Assembly (NCBI GenBank): GCA_007129985.1
Contig: SKUL01000325.1
Coordinates: 1 to 39,048 of the forward strand
Reading direction: 5' to 3'
DNA from: Flavobacteriales bacterium
GTDB lineage: Bacteria; Bacteroidota; Bacteroidia; Flavobacteriales_D; SKUL01
DNA length: 39,048 nucleotides
The position numbers and the translations under genes were made by a program. The stretch's first letter is position 1. Each line of letters begins with the position of its first letter. The notes beneath the pieces were generated by a model. It was not told the origin of the DNA, did not search any database, and saw nothing but the letters and a program-made list of their open reading frames with translations. This document shows, piece after piece, positions 38,701 to 39,048 of this stretch.

Positions 38701-39048
38701 GAAGCGCTACCACCGACAACTGCGGAAACTGCGTAGGTGGCAACACGGGTATGAATCCATGCCAGCAAGACTGTGCCGGTGTGTGGGGAGGAAGCGCCGC
38801 TCTCGACAATTGTGGAGAATGTGTGGGTGGAACAACAGGTCTCACACCCTGCCCCACCGACTGTGCCGGAGTACCCGGAGGTAACGCCTTCATCGATAAC
38901 TGCGGAACTTGTGTGGGAGGCAATACCGGACTCGCCCCTTGTATGCAAGACTGCAACGGAGACTGGGGAGGCTCAGCGACTACCGACAACTGCGGAAACT
39001 GCGTAGGTGGCAACACGGGTATGAATCCATGCCAGCAAGACTGTGCCG
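35781..39048 (+). CDS. secreted multidomain M43 (pappalysin/cytophagalysin-like) zinc metalloprotease with PKD domain and a long Cys-rich tandem-repeat tail; 3-prime end beyond the window
   Basis: Absent from the ORF track (no stop in the window). I translated all 1089 codons by hand and found no stop. The ATG at 35781 is the first start after an in-frame TAA at 35667. Signal peptide [34 protein letters not shown] (HExxHxxxxxH) plus GDRVCDTPP downstream is the M43 pattern. Confidence 0.85.
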   Translation, partial: MERTRALLTWIALGLLATGLFAQQNPPVPAQHHLAQKLAELHAQQSEAHPAAPEEKMVFHSNDDNDHQCAFDNRHDVMMANDPLYQSEMQNRERDLRDIINADFGGHRNGVLTMPLVVHIIHKGEPLGSGTNISDEQIYSAIEALNEDYRKMAGTNGDGDGVDVEIEFCLAVRDPDNNPHSGINRVDGTTVPLYADEGITAGMGQGANEMAIKNLSRWPNQQYYNIWVVSEIENNNGGGGIQGYAYFPTTSQVDGTVILFNAFGTVGNLKSYTNMNRTLTHELGHALHLYHTFQGNNCNESNCNTQGDRVCDTPPTTMNSNCNSPACGGTQQVNNYLDYTSQLCRNMFTQGQKDRMRAALLGPRAALLNSQACVPVNNLDAGITHITQPTGSLCSPTFTPEVTLTNFGSTTLTSVEIVYNVDGNNPQTYGWTGSLATGGSTSVTLPSYTGPTTGGTFYASTNQPNGMADENMSNDTHSAVYTAIAGNAITINVTTDFYGTETTWQLTNSDNTVLASGGPYPNGSIGTSYIQNLCVEDGCYTFTIYDSFGDGICCSFGPGSYSVTDSDGNSLASGGNFGSSESTTFCFDNDNGNAPVANFQASETNICAGDVIDFTDLSTNEPTSWSWTFNGGTPSSSSDENPSGIIFNTPGNYTVTLVATNADGSHTETKNNFITVNEPTTWYADNDGDGYGDPNVTILACEQPDGYVANGDDCDDNDFNNHDDCVDCNGVMWGTALIDNCGTCVEGNTGLVACTQDCNGDWGGNATFDNCGNCVGGNSGNTPCLQDCAGVWGGTAFTDNCGDCVGGNTGLTACAQDCNGDWGGSATTDNCGDCVGGNTGNDPCEQDCAGEWGGSATIDGCGECVGGTTGLTPCPTDCAGVPGGSAFTDNCGTCVGGNTGLTPCVQDCNGDWGGSATTDNCGNCVGGNTGMNPCQQDCAGVWGGTASLDNCGDCVGGNTGQTPCTQDCNGVWGGSATTDNCGNCVGGNTGMNPCQQDCAGVWGGSAALDNCGECVGGTTGLTPCPTDCAGVPGGNAFIDNCGTCVGGNTGLAPCMQDCNGDWGGSATTDNCGNCVGGNTGMNPCQQDCA
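36621..36653 (+). other. zinc-binding active-site motif [11 protein letters not shown]
   Basis: Codons cat gag ctc ggt cac gca ctt cac ctt tac cac. The metzincin HExxHxxxxxH spacing was read directly. Confidence 0.85.
37560..37808 (+). other. PKD domain of the metalloprotease
   Basis: [69 protein letters not shown] matches the PKD consensus (F.D.S....W.W.F.G......NP...Y..pG.Y.V.L...N..G). Confidence 0.8.
37824..37958 (+). other. MopE-like 'putative metal-binding' Asp/Cys motif
   Basis: [44 protein letters not shown] resembles the YxDxDGDGYG...AC..P.GYV....DCDD.D motif family. Confidence 0.5.
37959..39048 (+). repeat. in-frame tandem repeat, 90-bp (30-aa) unit, at least 12 complete copies, continuing past the window edge
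   Basis: Units start at 37959 + 90n. Consensus DC(N/A)G(D/V)WGG(S/T)A.(T/.)DNCG.CVGG(N/T)TG..PC.Q, with 4 Cys per unit. 67-nt blocks at 38712-38778 and 38982-39048 are identical, and 38532-38598 differs at one base. Confidence 0.9.

Noticed and set aside
38225-39016. A 263-aa minus-strand ORF with a striking PPTQ(F/V/S)PQLS proline-rich repeat, plus 37898..38203 and 38523..38948.
   Set aside because: These are the reverse-complement image of the plus-strand 90-bp Cys-rich repeat. The plus frame is continuous with an upstream catalytic domain and signal peptide, whereas the minus ORFs have no start context and no partner domains.
1-39048. A scan for CRISPR arrays, rRNA/tRNA genes, IS or transposase or integrase genes, toxin-antitoxin pairs, restriction-modification or other defence modules, and canonical parS (TGTTNCACGTGAAACA).
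   Set aside because: None was found by eye. The only repeat array is the in-frame coding repeat at 37959-39048. CACGTG-containing sites at 10250, 14112, 29505 and 35672 do not have parS flanks.

Overview
This looks like a compact Bacteroidota chromosomal core region, probably Flavobacteriia-like. That call rests on the family set DUF1573, DUF3276, DUF5683, DUF5103 and WbqC, on TAnnTTTG-type -7 boxes, and on a T9SS-style secreted protease. All product names come from motifs I read in the translations; no database search was run.

Gene order, left to right:
- nrnA' (edge-truncated) and ndk.
- A minus-strand operon: Leu dehydrogenase, nusB, DUF1573, yajC, coaE, acyltransferase.
- An ABC exporter, a PUR-like DUF3276 gene and an FMN reductase.
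- parA-parB-DUF5683-dapB-lepB-lepB2-wbqC, then an MccB-like carboxyltransferase.
- A lone AAA+/DUF4143 ATPase in an AT-richer insert.
- The complete nqrABCDEF operon (minus strand).
- DUF5103, apaG, pruA, an ftsB-like gene, and mutA-mutB.
- Four uncharacterised envelope genes and a DECR-like SDR.
- A large secreted M43 metalloprotease that runs off the right edge.

The supplied ORF track omits both edge-truncated genes (1..308 minus and 35781..39048 plus), probably because neither has a stop codon inside the window.

Most of the window is ordinary housekeeping DNA, and I see no convincing multi-gene novel system. The parts worth a second look are:
- The M43 protease, which carries at least 12 tandem 30-aa four-cysteine repeats with a 450-bp higher-order DNA repeat, and its structured upstream leader.
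- A small 4x24-aa repeat protein that overlaps a GIN-domain lipoprotein gene.
- The AT-rich ATPase insert, with reiterated TTCATGAA palindromes over its promoter and start codon.
- A possible decayed gene at 856..1486.
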